DNA of 64,000 bases from Thermoanaerobaculia bacterium (lineage in GTDB: Bacteria; Acidobacteriota; Thermoanaerobaculia; Multivoradales; JAHEKO01). Under the pieces are notes generated by a model. That model was given only the letters and a program-made list of their open reading frames with translations. It searched no databases and was not told where the DNA came from. Location of the stretch: NCBI GenBank assembly GCA_041567315.1, contig JBFGCA010000004.1:20922-84921 (forward strand), read 5' to 3'. Positions 1-9,790 of this stretch are shown piece after piece. Positions within the stretch are counted from its first letter, which is position 1. The number at the start of each line of letters is the position of its first letter. Both the position numbers and the translations under genes were made by a program.

Positions 1-744
1 ATCCGCGACGGGCAGCCCGGGTTCGTCAGTGCCAGCCAGGGGGTCGAGATGCTGGAGGTGCCGGCCACCGCAAGCCGCGCCGCCGGCGACGTCCACATCT
101 ACGGCAATCCGCACATCCACACCAGCCCGCTCAACGCCCGGGCGATCGCCGCCAACCTCGCCGCCGGTCTCAAGCGCGTCGATCCGGCCGGCGCCGCGGT
201 CTACGAAGAGAACCTCGCGCGTTTCAACCGGCGGATCGACGAGGCGCTCTACGGCCGCGAGCTGCCGGCCCTGCTGGGCCGCGAGGCGCTCGATGGGCTG
301 GCCAGCCAGGGACGGCTGGTCGAGTTCCTGCGCGAGCAGCGGCTCGAGGGCCGGCCGCTTGTCGAGCGGCTGGGCGGCTGGCTGGGCCGCGGTCTCGACT
401 TCCGGGGCGCCAGGATCGTCACCTACCACAAGAACTGGGTCTACTTCGCGACCCTGTTCGGGCTCGAGGTGGTGGACTACGTCGAGCGCAAGCCCGGCAT
501 CCCGCCGTCGGCGCGCCACGTCCACGAGCTGCTCGAGACCATCCGTCGGCTCGACATCCGGGTGCTGCTGGCGGCCAGCTACTTCAGCCGCCAGCAGGTC
601 GAGACCATCGCCGAGCGGGCCGGCTGTCAGGCGGTCGTCGTGCCGCTGGGTCCGATGACGGTCGGACCAGAGTCCTACTTCGAGCTGGTAGACCACTGGG
701 TCGACTCGCTCGATCGCGCGCTGTCCGGCACGCCCGCGGAGTAG
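1..744 (+). CDS. Metal (Zn/Mn) ABC transporter substrate-binding protein, ZnuA/TroA family; 5'-partial, truncated by the window edge
   Basis: ORF 49..744 lies in a frame that stays open back to position 1. The translation has metal-SBP hallmarks (HIYGNPHIHTSP, C-terminal helix region). The next gene, 11 bp downstream, is an ABC-3 permease. Confidence 0.8.
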   Translation: MRDGQPGFVSASQGVEMLEVPATASRAAGDVHIYGNPHIHTSPLNARAIAANLAAGLKRVDPAGAAVYEENLARFNRRIDEALYGRELPALLGREALDGLASQGRLVEFLREQRLEGRPLVERLGGWLGRGLDFRGARIVTYHKNWVYFATLFGLEVVDYVERKPGIPPSARHVHELLETIRRLDIRVLLAASYFSRQQVETIAERAGCQAVVVPLGPMTVGPESYFELVDHWVDSLDRALSGTPAE

Positions 745-755
745 GGGGAGAGGCC

Positions 756-1577
756 ATGTGGGAGATCCTCGAATTCATGGCGGCGCCGTTCGCGGCCTGC
801 GTGGTCCTGGTCGGTCTGCACGGCTACTTCGGGCTCCACGTGCTGCTGCGGGAGGTGATCTTCGTCGACCTGGCGCTGGCCCAGATCGCCGCCCTGGGCA
901 CGGTGGCGGCGCTGGTAAGCGGCCATCCGCACGGCAGCTGGGCGGCGCTCGCCTTCTCGCTCGGTGCCACGGTGCTGGGCGCGGCGTTCTTCAGCCTCAC
1001 CCGCATGCGGCGCGGCCGGGTGCCGCAGGAGGCGGTGATCGGGATCACCTTCGTGGTCGCCTCGGCGGCGGCGATCCTGCTCGCCGACCGGGCGCCCGAG
1101 GGGGCCGAACAGATCAAGGAGCTGCTGGCGGGCTCCATCCTGTGGGTGACCTGGCCGGCGGTGGTGACGGCGCTGCTGGTCTACGCCGCGATCGGGCTGT
1201 TCCACTACCTCTTCCGGCGGCGGTTCATTCTCATCTCCGAGGACCCCGAGCGGGCCTTTGCCGAGGGGCTGCGCGTCAGGCTCTGGGATTTTCTCTTCTA
1301 TCTTTCGTTCGGCTTCATGATCACCCTGTCGGTCCACATGGCGGGGGTGCTGATGGTCTTCTCCTATCTGGTGGCGCCGGCGATCATCGCCCTGGCGATG
1401 ACCCACGGCTGGCCGGCGCGGATCGCCGTCGCCTTCGGGGTGGGGGTAGCGGCCAGCGCCCTGGGGCTCGCCGCCTCTTACCGCTGGGACCTGCCCAGCG
1501 GGCCGGCGATCGTCTGCACGTTGGGGGCGTTCCTGGCGGTGCTGGCGGTGCGGCGGATGCTGGCCCGGGCGGCCTGA
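756..1577 (+). CDS. Metal ABC transporter permease (ABC-3 / ZnuB-TroCD family)
   Basis: 273-aa polytopic membrane protein (FMAAPFAACVVLVGLHGYFGLHVLLREVIFVDLALAQIAALG) typical of ABC-3 permeases. Sits immediately downstream of the SBP gene. Confidence 0.8.
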   Translation: MWEILEFMAAPFAACVVLVGLHGYFGLHVLLREVIFVDLALAQIAALGTVAALVSGHPHGSWAALAFSLGATVLGAAFFSLTRMRRGRVPQEAVIGITFVVASAAAILLADRAPEGAEQIKELLAGSILWVTWPAVVTALLVYAAIGLFHYLFRRRFILISEDPERAFAEGLRVRLWDFLFYLSFGFMITLSVHMAGVLMVFSYLVAPAIIALAMTHGWPARIAVAFGVGVAASALGLAASYRWDLPSGPAIVCTLGAFLAVLAVRRMLARAA

Positions 1578-1674
1578 GGGCGGCCGGTCCAGCGCGCCGC
1601 CCGGCGACGGCGGGTCGGAGCCTCGAGACCGGCGTGGGGCCGTTCGGGCCGCGGCGGGTCGGCGGACCCGCGGC

Positions 1675-2262
1675 TCAGCTGCTGCCGGCGAGCTCGCGGC
1701 CCGGCCGGTCCGGCTCCTGAGGTCCGCGCACTGCCATCAGCAGCCCGTCGGCGCTCTCGCGGCAGCCGGAGGCCACCTGCTCGGCCGTCTGCGGCGGGGC
1801 GGCGGTCAGTCGCAGCGGCGCGTCCTCGTCGACGTCGCGGCTGGCCGAGACCGGCAGCCACAGCTCGCGCCGCCGCTCGCCGACCACCAGCGTCAGCCGC
1901 GCGCAGCTGCCCGGGCTCAGGGTCGGATCGAGCAGGACGGCCAGGCGCCGGGTCGTGGTCGCTCCCGCGCCGGACAGCTCGACCGCCAGCGCGTGCTCGA
2001 GCACCAGCGCCTCGCCTTCGAGCCGCAGCTCTACACGGCCGGCGCCGGCCGGGTTGCCGACCTCGACCTCCACCGCCAGCGCCTCGCCGGGCTCGAACCG
2101 CCCGTCGCGGCCGCCGTCGCGCAGGGTGATCGAGAGCAGCTCGGGCTGCGACCCAAGCGCGGTCCCGGTGGGCTGGACCGATTGTCGCCCAGCGGCGGAG
2201 GGCGCCGTCCCCGTCAGCAGGACGGCGATGGTGGCCAGAAGCTGGGTAGGAAGATGGCTCAT
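1675..2262 (-). CDS. Hypothetical secreted protein (N-terminal signal peptide MSHLPTQLLATIAVLLTGTAPSAAG)
   Basis: Internal ATG of ORF 1675..2481, preceded by a GAGGAG ribosome-binding site. Signal-peptide-like N-terminus and GC3-rich codon usage. No recognisable family. Confidence 0.5.
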   Translation of the reverse strand: MSHLPTQLLATIAVLLTGTAPSAAGRQSVQPTGTALGSQPELLSITLRDGGRDGRFEPGEALAVEVEVGNPAGAGRVELRLEGEALVLEHALAVELSGAGATTTRRLAVLLDPTLSPGSCARLTLVVGERRRELWLPVSASRDVDEDAPLRLTAAPPQTAEQVASGCRESADGLLMAVRGPQEPDRPGRELAGSS

Positions 2263-2773
2263 GGTCGCTCCTCGGCTCTGGATCGGGTCGGGCCCCTGTC
2301 CTCGATCTGAAGCTGAGCAACCCCGATGCCAGCACTGGAGCAGCCTGAGTCGAGGCCCCCCGGAGGCTTGAGTTCGCGGCATCCGGCCGGCCAGTCGCCG
2401 CACCTGTCGCCCTTTGCGGCGCGGGTCGTCCTTTCGGGGTGACGCCGGACGGTGCCGCTGCGGCCCCGCCGTGCTGGCCACGCCGCGACGAGCTCGCCGA
2501 TCGCCTTCCGAGGGGCATCGGCCCGCTCTACCTGGCTTTGCTGCAGGCCCGGACCTGGCGACGCAAGCCTGCGCTGACCGGCACGGGCCACCGTTGGAGG
2601 ATGAAGACCGCAGTGCCCGGCACGGCCGCGCTCTGCACGGCCACGCTCTTGGCTGCGCCGTCCGGACTCGCGGATGCGGTCCGCCGCCTGCCGGCTTGCC
2701 TTATCCGGCTCTGCTGAAAAGCCGGTCAGTCGTCGCTGGCCCGGCGGCAGAGGCTTGGCCGTGTGATCGGCAG

Positions 2774-3958
2774 CTACCGCGACGAGGAGGCCGCGGCGGC
2801 CGGGACCGGTTCGTCGTCGCCGAGAACGGTGACGGTCTGACCGGGGCGCAGGCGCTCGCCGCCGCGGACGACGACGCGGTCGCCCGGGGCGACCGCTCCC
2901 GAGACCTCGATCAGCTCGCCGTCGCCGACGCCGGTCTCGACGTCGAGGCGCTCGGCCACGTTCTCGGCGGTGACCCGGTAGACGTAGGTCGCCTGGCGCC
3001 GCAGGACGAGGGCGTCGCGGGGCACCGAGACGACGTGGCGCGGCGGGGCGGTGGGGAGCGCCACCCGCACCGGGGTGCCGACGATCCAGGGCGTCTCGCC
3101 GGCGGCGGCGGCGAGCGCGATCCGCACCTCGAACATCCGCGAGCGCTCGTCGCCCACCCGCAGCACGGCGCGGAGCGGCGCCTCGACGGTGCGCTGCCGG
3201 TCGGAGACCGGCACCGTCATCCCCTCGCGGAGGAACGGCTCGATCGCCAGCGGCGCCTGCGCCCGCACCTCGAGGTCGCCGACGTCGACCAGACGCAGCA
3301 CCGGCTGACCGACGGTGACGTAGCCGCCGGGCTGCTCGAGGCGCTCGACCACCTTGCCCGGGAAGGGCGCCCGCAGCCGGGTGCGCTCGAGGGCGAAGAG
3401 GGTGCGCTCGCGGCGCACCCGGGCGGCGATCAGCTCCTGCTCGGCGGCGGCCAGCCGTGAGGTGGCCTCCTCGAGCTGCTCGGCGGGGAGGATCTGCTGT
3501 TCGTTGAGGCGCCGGGCGCGGGCGGCCTGCTGGTCGAGGTAGTCGAGGTTGGCCTCCAGCCGCCGGATGGTGGCCTCGTCGTCCTGGAGCTGGAGCTGGA
3601 GCGCGCGGTCGTCGACGCGGGCGATCTCCTCACCGCGGGCCACGGTCTGACCGGCCTCGGCGACCCGGGTGAGCTGGCCGGCCACCTCGGCGGCGATCCG
3701 CGCGTCGTGGCGGCTCACCACCGTGCCCGGCACCTGGAGGCGGGGCGCCATCTGGCGCTCGAGGGCCACCGCCACCTCGACCGGTGCCGGCGGGGGGCCC
3801 TCCTGGTCGGCGAGCGGGGCGGCCGGCAGGCCGAGAGCCGAAACAACGAACACCGCGACGATCGCCGCGGCAGCCGGCGCGAGCCGCGACGCCCGGCCGC
3901 CGGCGTCGCCGCACCCGCCGACCGCACCGCTCGATTTACGGAAGGAACCGTTGGACAT
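2774..3958 (-). CDS. Efflux RND transporter periplasmic adaptor subunit (membrane fusion protein, HlyD/AcrA-like)
   Basis: C-terminal 395 codons of ORF 2774..6931, starting MSNGSFRK after a GGAGG ribosome-binding site. Has a signal/TM anchor, a coiled-coil hairpin (RRLEANLDYLDQQ...) and beta-barrel MFP segments. Stop lies 23 bp downstream of the RND pump gene. Confidence 0.85.
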   Translation of the reverse strand: MSNGSFRKSSGAVGGCGDAGGRASRLAPAAAAIVAVFVVSALGLPAAPLADQEGPPPAPVEVAVALERQMAPRLQVPGTVVSRHDARIAAEVAGQLTRVAEAGQTVARGEEIARVDDRALQLQLQDDEATIRRLEANLDYLDQQAARARRLNEQQILPAEQLEEATSRLAAAEQELIAARVRRERTLFALERTRLRAPFPGKVVERLEQPGGYVTVGQPVLRLVDVGDLEVRAQAPLAIEPFLREGMTVPVSDRQRTVEAPLRAVLRVGDERSRMFEVRIALAAAAGETPWIVGTPVRVALPTAPPRHVVSVPRDALVLRRQATYVYRVTAENVAERLDVETGVGDGELIEVSGAVAPGDRVVVRGGERLRPGQTVTVLGDDEPVPAAAASSSR

Positions 3959-3981
3959 CTTCAATCCTCCTCGACCGTGTG

Positions 3982-6900
3982 TCACGACGCTCTCTGCAGC
4001 TCGCCGGCGGGCTCGACGAAGCGGCCCAGCCGCCGCACCTGGGCGGTCTCGCCCAGCCTGAGCAGGCAGGGGAGGAGCACCAGGGTGAACAGGGTGCTGA
4101 CGCTCATGCCGCCGACGATCACTGCTGCCAGCCCGCGGTAGATGACGCTGCCGGCGCCGGGCAGGAGCAGCAGCGGCAGCATCCCGAAGATGCTGGTCAG
4201 GGTGCTCATGAAGATCGGCCGCAGCCGCACCCTGAGCGCCTGGTGGACCGCCTCGTCGCGGCGCGCCCCCTGGCGCTCGGCGGCGCGGGTCTGGTGGACC
4301 AGCAGGATGGCGTTGTTGACCACCAGCCCGAGCAGGATGATGAACCCGATCATGGTCAGCAGGTCGAGCGGCTGGAAGGTGACGAGGTTCAGCAGCCGGA
4401 GCGCGACCACCCCGCCCACCGTCGCCAGCGGCAGCGCCAGCACCACCAGCAGGCTGTCGCGGAGCGACCCGAAGAGCGCGCTCATCAGCAGGAACAGCAC
4501 CAGCAGCGCCACCAGGAAGTTCTGCGACATGGTGCGGATCGCCTGCCTCAAGCTGTCGGCGCTGCCGCCGTACTGGACGTTGCCGTCGGCCGGCAGGGCG
4601 GCGAGCAGCCGCGGCTCGACCTGCCCCTGCAGAATGTCGAGCGCCTCCTCGAGCGACATGCTGTCGGGCGGCGTCACCGCCAGGGTGACGGTGCGCCGGC
4701 GGTCGATGCGGTGGATGCTCGAGGGGCCCACCGTGCGCTCGATCCCCAGCAGCTCGCCGACCGGCAGCACCGCGCCCGAGGGGGTGGCCACCGGCAGCCC
4801 GGCCAGCTCCTCGGGGGTGCGCCACCCCTCGGCCCGCAGGATGACGTCGAGCCGCTTTTCGCCGTCGAAGTGCTCGCCCACCCACAGCCCGTCGCCCAGC
4901 GAGCGGATGACGTCGGCCACCGCCGGCCGCGTCCAGCCCACCTCGGCGATCCGCCGGTCGTCGGGGTGGAGCCGCAGCTCGGGCTCGGCCATCTCGGTCC
5001 CCGGCCAGGCCTGGGTCTGGGCGCCGGGGATCGCCTCGGCCACCACGTCGAGTCCGTGGGCGGCGGCCTCCAGCAGCGCCTCGCCCTCGGCCGACTGCAG
5101 GTGGACGGCGATCGAGCGGTCGCCGCCGAAGCCGCCGAACAGGTTGCCCTGGAAGACGAAGGCGCGGGTGTCGGGGAAGCCGGCCACCACCTCGTCGCGG
5201 ACGATCCGCTCGAGCTCCCTGACCCGGCCCTGGTCGAGCGCCCTCACCCCGACGGTGCCGCCGCCCGGCCACAGGATGAAGTAGTAGTTCTTGAGCGCCG
5301 GCTGCTTCTCGGCCCGCATGTAGGGCCCCAGCCGCTCGACCATCGGCTGGACGATCTCGCGCTCGATCGAGGCCAGGTTGGCCCCGGGCGGGAAGTTGAA
5401 GAAGCCGTCGACCGCGTCGCGCTTGACCGGTGGCAGGTAGTCGAGCTTGGGGATCAGGGTGATGGTGGTGGCGGCCGGCACCGCCATCAGCAGCGCGATC
5501 AGCGCCAGCCGGCGGCGCGGCCGATCGGTCCAGCCGATGATCCGGCCGGCGACGGCGCCCCAGAAGTCGGCGTGGGTGTCCTCCAGCCGGGCGTCGGTGA
5601 GCCAGCGCTTGGCGGCCGCCGGCAGGATCGTCACCGCCACCAGCAGTGAGATGGTCACCGCCATGGCGATGGTCAGCGCCAGGTCGGCGAAAAGCTGGCC
5701 CTCGACGTCTTTCAGGAAGATCACCGGCAGGAAGATGGCCACCGTGGTGGCGGTGGAGGCGATCAACGCCCCCCACACCTGCGAGGCGCCCTCGAGCGAG
5801 CCCTGGTGCGGCGAGCGCCCCTGCTCGCGAAGCCGGACGATGTTCTCGAGCACGATGATGGCGGCGTCGAGCACCATCCCCACCGCGAAGGCCAGCCCGG
5901 CCAGCGAGATGACGTTGAGCGAGCGGCCGCTCAGGTTCAAGACCACGAAGGTGGTGAGCAGCGAGATGGGGATGGCGGTGGCGACGATCAGGGTGGCGCG
6001 GAGCTGGCGCAGGAACCACCACAGGACGCCGATCGCCAGCAGCACCCCCAGCCCCAGGTTGGTGCGCACCAGCCCGATCGCCCGGTAGATGAAGACCGAG
6101 GCGTCGAAGCTCTGGGCGATGGTCAGGCCTTCCTCGGCCAGCGGCCCGTCGCGCAGCGCCGCCACCTCGGCCTTGACCCGGTTGAGGGTCTCCAGCACGT
6201 TGGCCTGGCTCTCGCGGTCGACGCGGATCGCCATCGCCGGGTTGCCGTTCTGGATCGAGAAGCCGGTGCGGTCGCCGCGCTTGACGCCGATGGTGGCGAC
6301 GTCGCCGAGCAGCACCGGCCGCCCCTCGCGCCAGTCGAGGACCAGCCCGGCGAGCTGCTCGGGGCCGTAGCGGCCGGCGAAGCGGAGGGTGTACTGCCGC
6401 CGGCCGACGTCCACGAAGCCGCCCGAGACGTCCTCGGCGCGGCCGGCCAGCGCCGCCACCCGCGGGATCTCGATCCCCAGCTCGGCGGCGCGGTAGGGGT
6501 CGAACTCGATCCGCAGCTCCTCGGGCGAGCCGGCGTTGACCTCGACGTGGGCCACCCCCTCGAGGTTCTCGAGCCGCGCCTTGACCACGTCCTCGACCAG
6601 TCGCTGGTAGTCCTCGATCGGCCCCGGGTTGCCGGGCAGCAGCTGGATGAAGAACCAGCTCAGCGCCTGGTTGGGCCCGCCGCCCCAGCCGCCGAGATGG
6701 ATGGTCGGCGGGGTGGCGTCGCGGGGCAGCGGCGGCAGCCGGTTGAGCCGGCTGATGACGTCGACCAGCGTCTGCTCCATGTCGGTGTCGAGCCCGAAGG
6801 TGAGGTTGATCCAGCTGCCGCCGGGGTTGGCGTTGGCGTTGAGCTCCTTCAGGCCCGGCAGCCCCTGGAGCACCTCCTCCTGGGGCTCGAGGATCTCGGC

Positions 6901-7080
6901 CTCCACCTCCTGCGGCGAGGCCGCTCGCCACCCGGTCTGGATCGAGAGCTGCGGCAGCTCGATGTCCGGGAACAACTGGATCGGCAGCTTGACCAGGCTG
7001 AACACCCCGAACAGCACCACGATCGCCACCGCCACCGCCACCCCCGCCGGGTGCTTGAGTGCGCTTTCGGTGAGCCGCAA
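3982..7080 (-). CDS. RND efflux permease (AcrB/HAE-family inner-membrane pump), TTG start
   Basis: About 1032 aa with 12-TM RND architecture and large periplasmic loops. The ORF track extends it to 7323, but a GGAGG ribosome-binding site followed by TTG (LRLTESALKHPAGVAVAVAIVVL) marks the probable start. Confidence 0.88.
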   Translation of the reverse strand: MRLTESALKHPAGVAVAVAIVVLFGVFSLVKLPIQLFPDIELPQLSIQTGWRAASPQEVEAEILEPQEEVLQGLPGLKELNANANPGGSWINLTFGLDTDMEQTLVDVISRLNRLPPLPRDATPPTIHLGGWGGGPNQALSWFFIQLLPGNPGPIEDYQRLVEDVVKARLENLEGVAHVEVNAGSPEELRIEFDPYRAAELGIEIPRVAALAGRAEDVSGGFVDVGRRQYTLRFAGRYGPEQLAGLVLDWREGRPVLLGDVATIGVKRGDRTGFSIQNGNPAMAIRVDRESQANVLETLNRVKAEVAALRDGPLAEEGLTIAQSFDASVFIYRAIGLVRTNLGLGVLLAIGVLWWFLRQLRATLIVATAIPISLLTTFVVLNLSGRSLNVISLAGLAFAVGMVLDAAIIVLENIVRLREQGRSPHQGSLEGASQVWGALIASTATTVAIFLPVIFLKDVEGQLFADLALTIAMAVTISLLVAVTILPAAAKRWLTDARLEDTHADFWGAVAGRIIGWTDRPRRRLALIALLMAVPAATTITLIPKLDYLPPVKRDAVDGFFNFPPGANLASIEREIVQPMVERLGPYMRAEKQPALKNYYFILWPGGGTVGVRALDQGRVRELERIVRDEVVAGFPDTRAFVFQGNLFGGFGGDRSIAVHLQSAEGEALLEAAAHGLDVVAEAIPGAQTQAWPGTEMAEPELRLHPDDRRIAEVGWTRPAVADVIRSLGDGLWVGEHFDGEKRLDVILRAEGWRTPEELAGLPVATPSGAVLPVGELLGIERTVGPSSIHRIDRRRTVTLAVTPPDSMSLEEALDILQGQVEPRLLAALPADGNVQYGGSADSLRQAIRTMSQNFLVALLVLFLLMSALFGSLRDSLLVVLALPLATVGGVVALRLLNLVTFQPLDLLTMIGFIILLGLVVNNAILLVHQTRAAERQGARRDEAVHQALRVRLRPIFMSTLTSIFGMLPLLLLPGAGSVIYRGLAAVIVGGMSVSTLFTLVLLPCLLRLGETAQVRRLGRFVEPAGELQRAS

Positions 7081-7531
7081 GACGTCCTCCCTTCGTCGCC
7101 GATCGCCGCGTGCCGTGGTGCCGGCCGGCGCCGGACCCCGCCCCGAGAGCCCGGAGCGAACTGGCGCCAACTCACAGCCTGATACGGGCCGGCCGTGCAG
7201 GGGTTGCCGACGAACCGGCCATGGATCGGGCCAGCCGACCTGGATCGCTGGGGCCACGGGAAGCCCGGGCAGGAGTCGGGATGGGAGGAGGCCCTCCGAG
7301 CACCGCCCGGGAAGAGTCGTCATGGCCGCGGCGGTCGGCCGGTGTCCGGTGGCGTATGCTCCGGCCGCGAGGCCCCGCGCCGCCCAGGCGCTGTCGGATG
7401 TGCGGGCCCAGTGATGACCAGGGGCGCGCAGGGCTGCCAGTCTCGGCGGTGCTGCAAGGCGGTGGTGGCTCGGATAAGGTCCGAGTCACCGGGTCGAGCA
7501 CAACGGCCGGCCGGCAGGGGCGACAGCCGAG

Positions 7532-7978
7532 GTGAGCTACAAGATCGTCCTCATCCTCCACCTGCTGGGGGCGGCGGTGTGGACCGGCGGGCACCTGGTC
7601 CTGGCGCTGGGGTTTCTGCCCCGGGCGCTCGCCGTCGGCGATCCGCGAATCGTGCTCGGTTTCGAGGAGCGCTACGAACGGATCGGGATCCCCGCTCTGC
7701 TCGTGCAGATCGTCACCGGGTTGGTGCTGGCCTATCGGTATCTGCCCGATCCGGCGAGCTGGTTCTCTTTCGCGACCCCGGTTGCCAGCCACGTGCTGCT
7801 CAAGCTGGCGTTGCTGCTGGTCACCCTGGCCCTGGCGATCGACGCCCGCCTGCGTCTGGTGCCGCGGCTCACCCGCGAGCGGCTGCCCGCTCTCGCCTGG
7901 CACGTTGGCGCCGTCACCGTGATCGCCGTCCTGATGGTGGCCCTTGGCGCCGGCATCCGCACCGGCGGCCTCTTCTAG
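7532..7978 (+). CDS. CopD/HemJ-like small 4-TM membrane protein
   Basis: 148 aa, MSYKIVLILHLLGAAVWTGGHL..., four predicted TM helices as in CopD (PF05425)-type proteins. Divergent from the RND operon. Confidence 0.55.
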   Translation: MSYKIVLILHLLGAAVWTGGHLVLALGFLPRALAVGDPRIVLGFEERYERIGIPALLVQIVTGLVLAYRYLPDPASWFSFATPVASHVLLKLALLLVTLALAIDARLRLVPRLTRERLPALAWHVGAVTVIAVLMVALGAGIRTGGLF

Positions 7979-8061
7979 TGCACTGTAACGCCTGCATCGG
8001 GAGTGGATGGCGCGGCGAGACCCGGCCAGGCGCTCCCGACTTGGGCGTTACGGGCCACTAG
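7977..8061. other. 85-nt imperfect palindromic structured element between convergent genes; possible bidirectional terminator
   Basis: Arms tagtgcactgtaacgcc / ggcgttacgggccacta, with an inner cgggag/ctcccg stem. Confidence 0.3.
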
Positions 8062-8141
8062 CAGCCGACATGTCGGTGCGCGGCCGCCCCTTCGAGAAGC
8101 GGCCGCGGCGGCGGGTCGAGCGGTCCGTCGACGGCTCGGAC

Positions 8142-9653
8142 TCAGGCCGCCGCGCGGGTGGCGGCGTCGCGGCCGACCAGAGCGAAGCCGACGGTGTTGA
8201 AGTTGAAGTCGGCGACTTCCTGGAAGAGCTTCGCCGCCTCGGCGGCGTTGCCGGCGCCCTCTTCGGCCACGGCCAGCTGGTAGCGGATGTACATGGTGTT
8301 GGCGTGGTCGGCCTGCCGCAGGTGCTCGACGGCCGCGGCATAGTCACCCTGACGCAGCCGGGCGAGACCCGTCACCCAGTGATAGGCCTCCATCTTGCGC
8401 GGGTTGGCGTCGGCCTCGACCAGCTTGCGGTTCGCCTCGGCGTGCCGCTCGGCCCCCTCGTAGTCGTCTCGGTAGGCGGCCAGCAGCCCGTCCCACATCT
8501 GGCAGGTGGCCTCCTGCAGTCGTGGGGTCTCGCCGCCCATCTCCTCGCCGATCTCGCGCCGCAGGGCGTTGGCCCGGGCGATGGCGGCCGCGGCCTGGTC
8601 CAGCTTGCCGGCGTGCAGGGCGGCGGTGGCGTGGTTGTCGAGCGTGAAGACCTGGACCCCCTTGACCTGGTGAGCCGGGGTGCCCATCGCCTCGACCTGG
8701 TCGGCCAGCGTGGCCAGCTCGTCGAGCGAGCCCTGGACGTCGCCGCCGTGGATGTGGGTGAAGGCGCGGTAGTTGGCGTAGACCGCGCGGTTCTCGGGGG
8801 GCGCCGAGTCGACCCCGGCGTCGTAGGCGGCGCGGGCCTCGGCGATGTTGCCCAGGAAGGAGGCGACGTGCCCCTTCTTGAGCTGCGCCACCGACAGCGC
8901 GGGATCGAGCTCGGTGGCCTTGGTGTAGGCGGCGAGCGCCCCCTCGAGGTCCTGCTGCGCGCGCTTGACGTCGCCCAGGCCCTCGTAGGCCTTGGCCTCG
9001 CTCGGCGCCAGCTCGGCCAGACGCCGCATCCACTCCTCGGCGCGGGCGAAGTCCTTGGGCTCGCCGAACAGGTTGTTGTTGCCCATGAAGAAGACGGCGC
9101 CCTGGAACTTCGGGTCGAGCTCCAGCGCGCGCGCCGCCGACTCGCGGGCCGCCCGGTTCTCGTTGCGGAAGCCCTGCAGCCCGGAGAGCGCCAGCCAGGC
9201 GCGCGGGCTGTTTGGATAGCTCTCGGTGAGCTGGCGGGCCAGCTCGAGGGCGCGGTCGGAGGCGTTCTCCAGGAAGGCGGCGCGGCTGATCTCGACCAGC
9301 AGCCTCTCGCCCTCGCTCTTGCCCTCGAGATTGGCCGCCGCCTGGTCGAGGGCCTGGCTGAACTCGGGACCCGAGAGGGCGGCGTTGGACAGCCAGTAGT
9401 AGCCGTAGGCGAAGCCGGGATCGGCGGCCACCGCGGCCTTGAAGCGGGCATTGGCCTCGACGTTGCGTCCCAGGTCGCTGAGCGCCAGGCCCTCGCGGAA
9501 CTGGCTCAGCGCCTCGGCCGAGGAGGTGGTGACCGGGATCTCCTCGACGGTGGGCCCGGTGGCTTCCTGCGGGCTTTCGGAGTAACCGCAGGCCACGGTC
9601 GAAGTCAGGACCAGTCCGGCGAGCATGGCCAGGCGGTTTGGGGATGTTCTCAT
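8142..9653 (-). CDS. TPR-repeat lipoprotein
   Basis: Signal peptide plus lipobox (LVLTSTVAC). Multiple TPR-like repeats (AYEGLGDVKRAQQDLEGALAAYTKATELDP...). Confidence 0.7.
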   Translation of the reverse strand: MRTSPNRLAMLAGLVLTSTVACGYSESPQEATGPTVEEIPVTTSSAEALSQFREGLALSDLGRNVEANARFKAAVAADPGFAYGYYWLSNAALSGPEFSQALDQAAANLEGKSEGERLLVEISRAAFLENASDRALELARQLTESYPNSPRAWLALSGLQGFRNENRAARESAARALELDPKFQGAVFFMGNNNLFGEPKDFARAEEWMRRLAELAPSEAKAYEGLGDVKRAQQDLEGALAAYTKATELDPALSVAQLKKGHVASFLGNIAEARAAYDAGVDSAPPENRAVYANYRAFTHIHGGDVQGSLDELATLADQVEAMGTPAHQVKGVQVFTLDNHATAALHAGKLDQAAAAIARANALRREIGEEMGGETPRLQEATCQMWDGLLAAYRDDYEGAERHAEANRKLVEADANPRKMEAYHWVTGLARLRQGDYAAAVEHLRQADHANTMYIRYQLAVAEEGAGNAAEAAKLFQEVADFNFNTVGFALVGRDAATRAAA

Positions 9654-9790
9654 CTCGACTCCTCCTTGGTTGGGGGCGCGACCGACTCCGCTCCGGCCGG
9701 GCGCGGGTCTCCCCCGCGGTTTCCCAGCGAGGAAGGACCGGGGCGCGACGGCCGAAGGACGGTCCGACGAATCTTACGAGAAGTCGGGGC

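Noticed and set aside
2601-2717. 38-codon ORF with a signal-peptide-like translation (MKTAVPGTAALCTATLLAAPSGLADAVRRLPACLIRLC) downstream of the efflux operon.
   Set aside because: The GGAGG abuts the ATG with zero spacing. It lies in the terminator/promoter gap and has no supporting conservation. Probably fortuitous.
2774-6931. The 1385-aa ORF that appears to fuse the membrane-fusion protein with sequence antisense or out of frame to the RND pump. Also the 5' extensions of ORFs 3982..7323, 11994..14006, 19392..20738, 52102..54900 and 60684..62498.
   Set aside because: These are read-through in stop-poor sequence. Internal starts with Shine-Dalgarno motifs and the onset of homology define the real genes.
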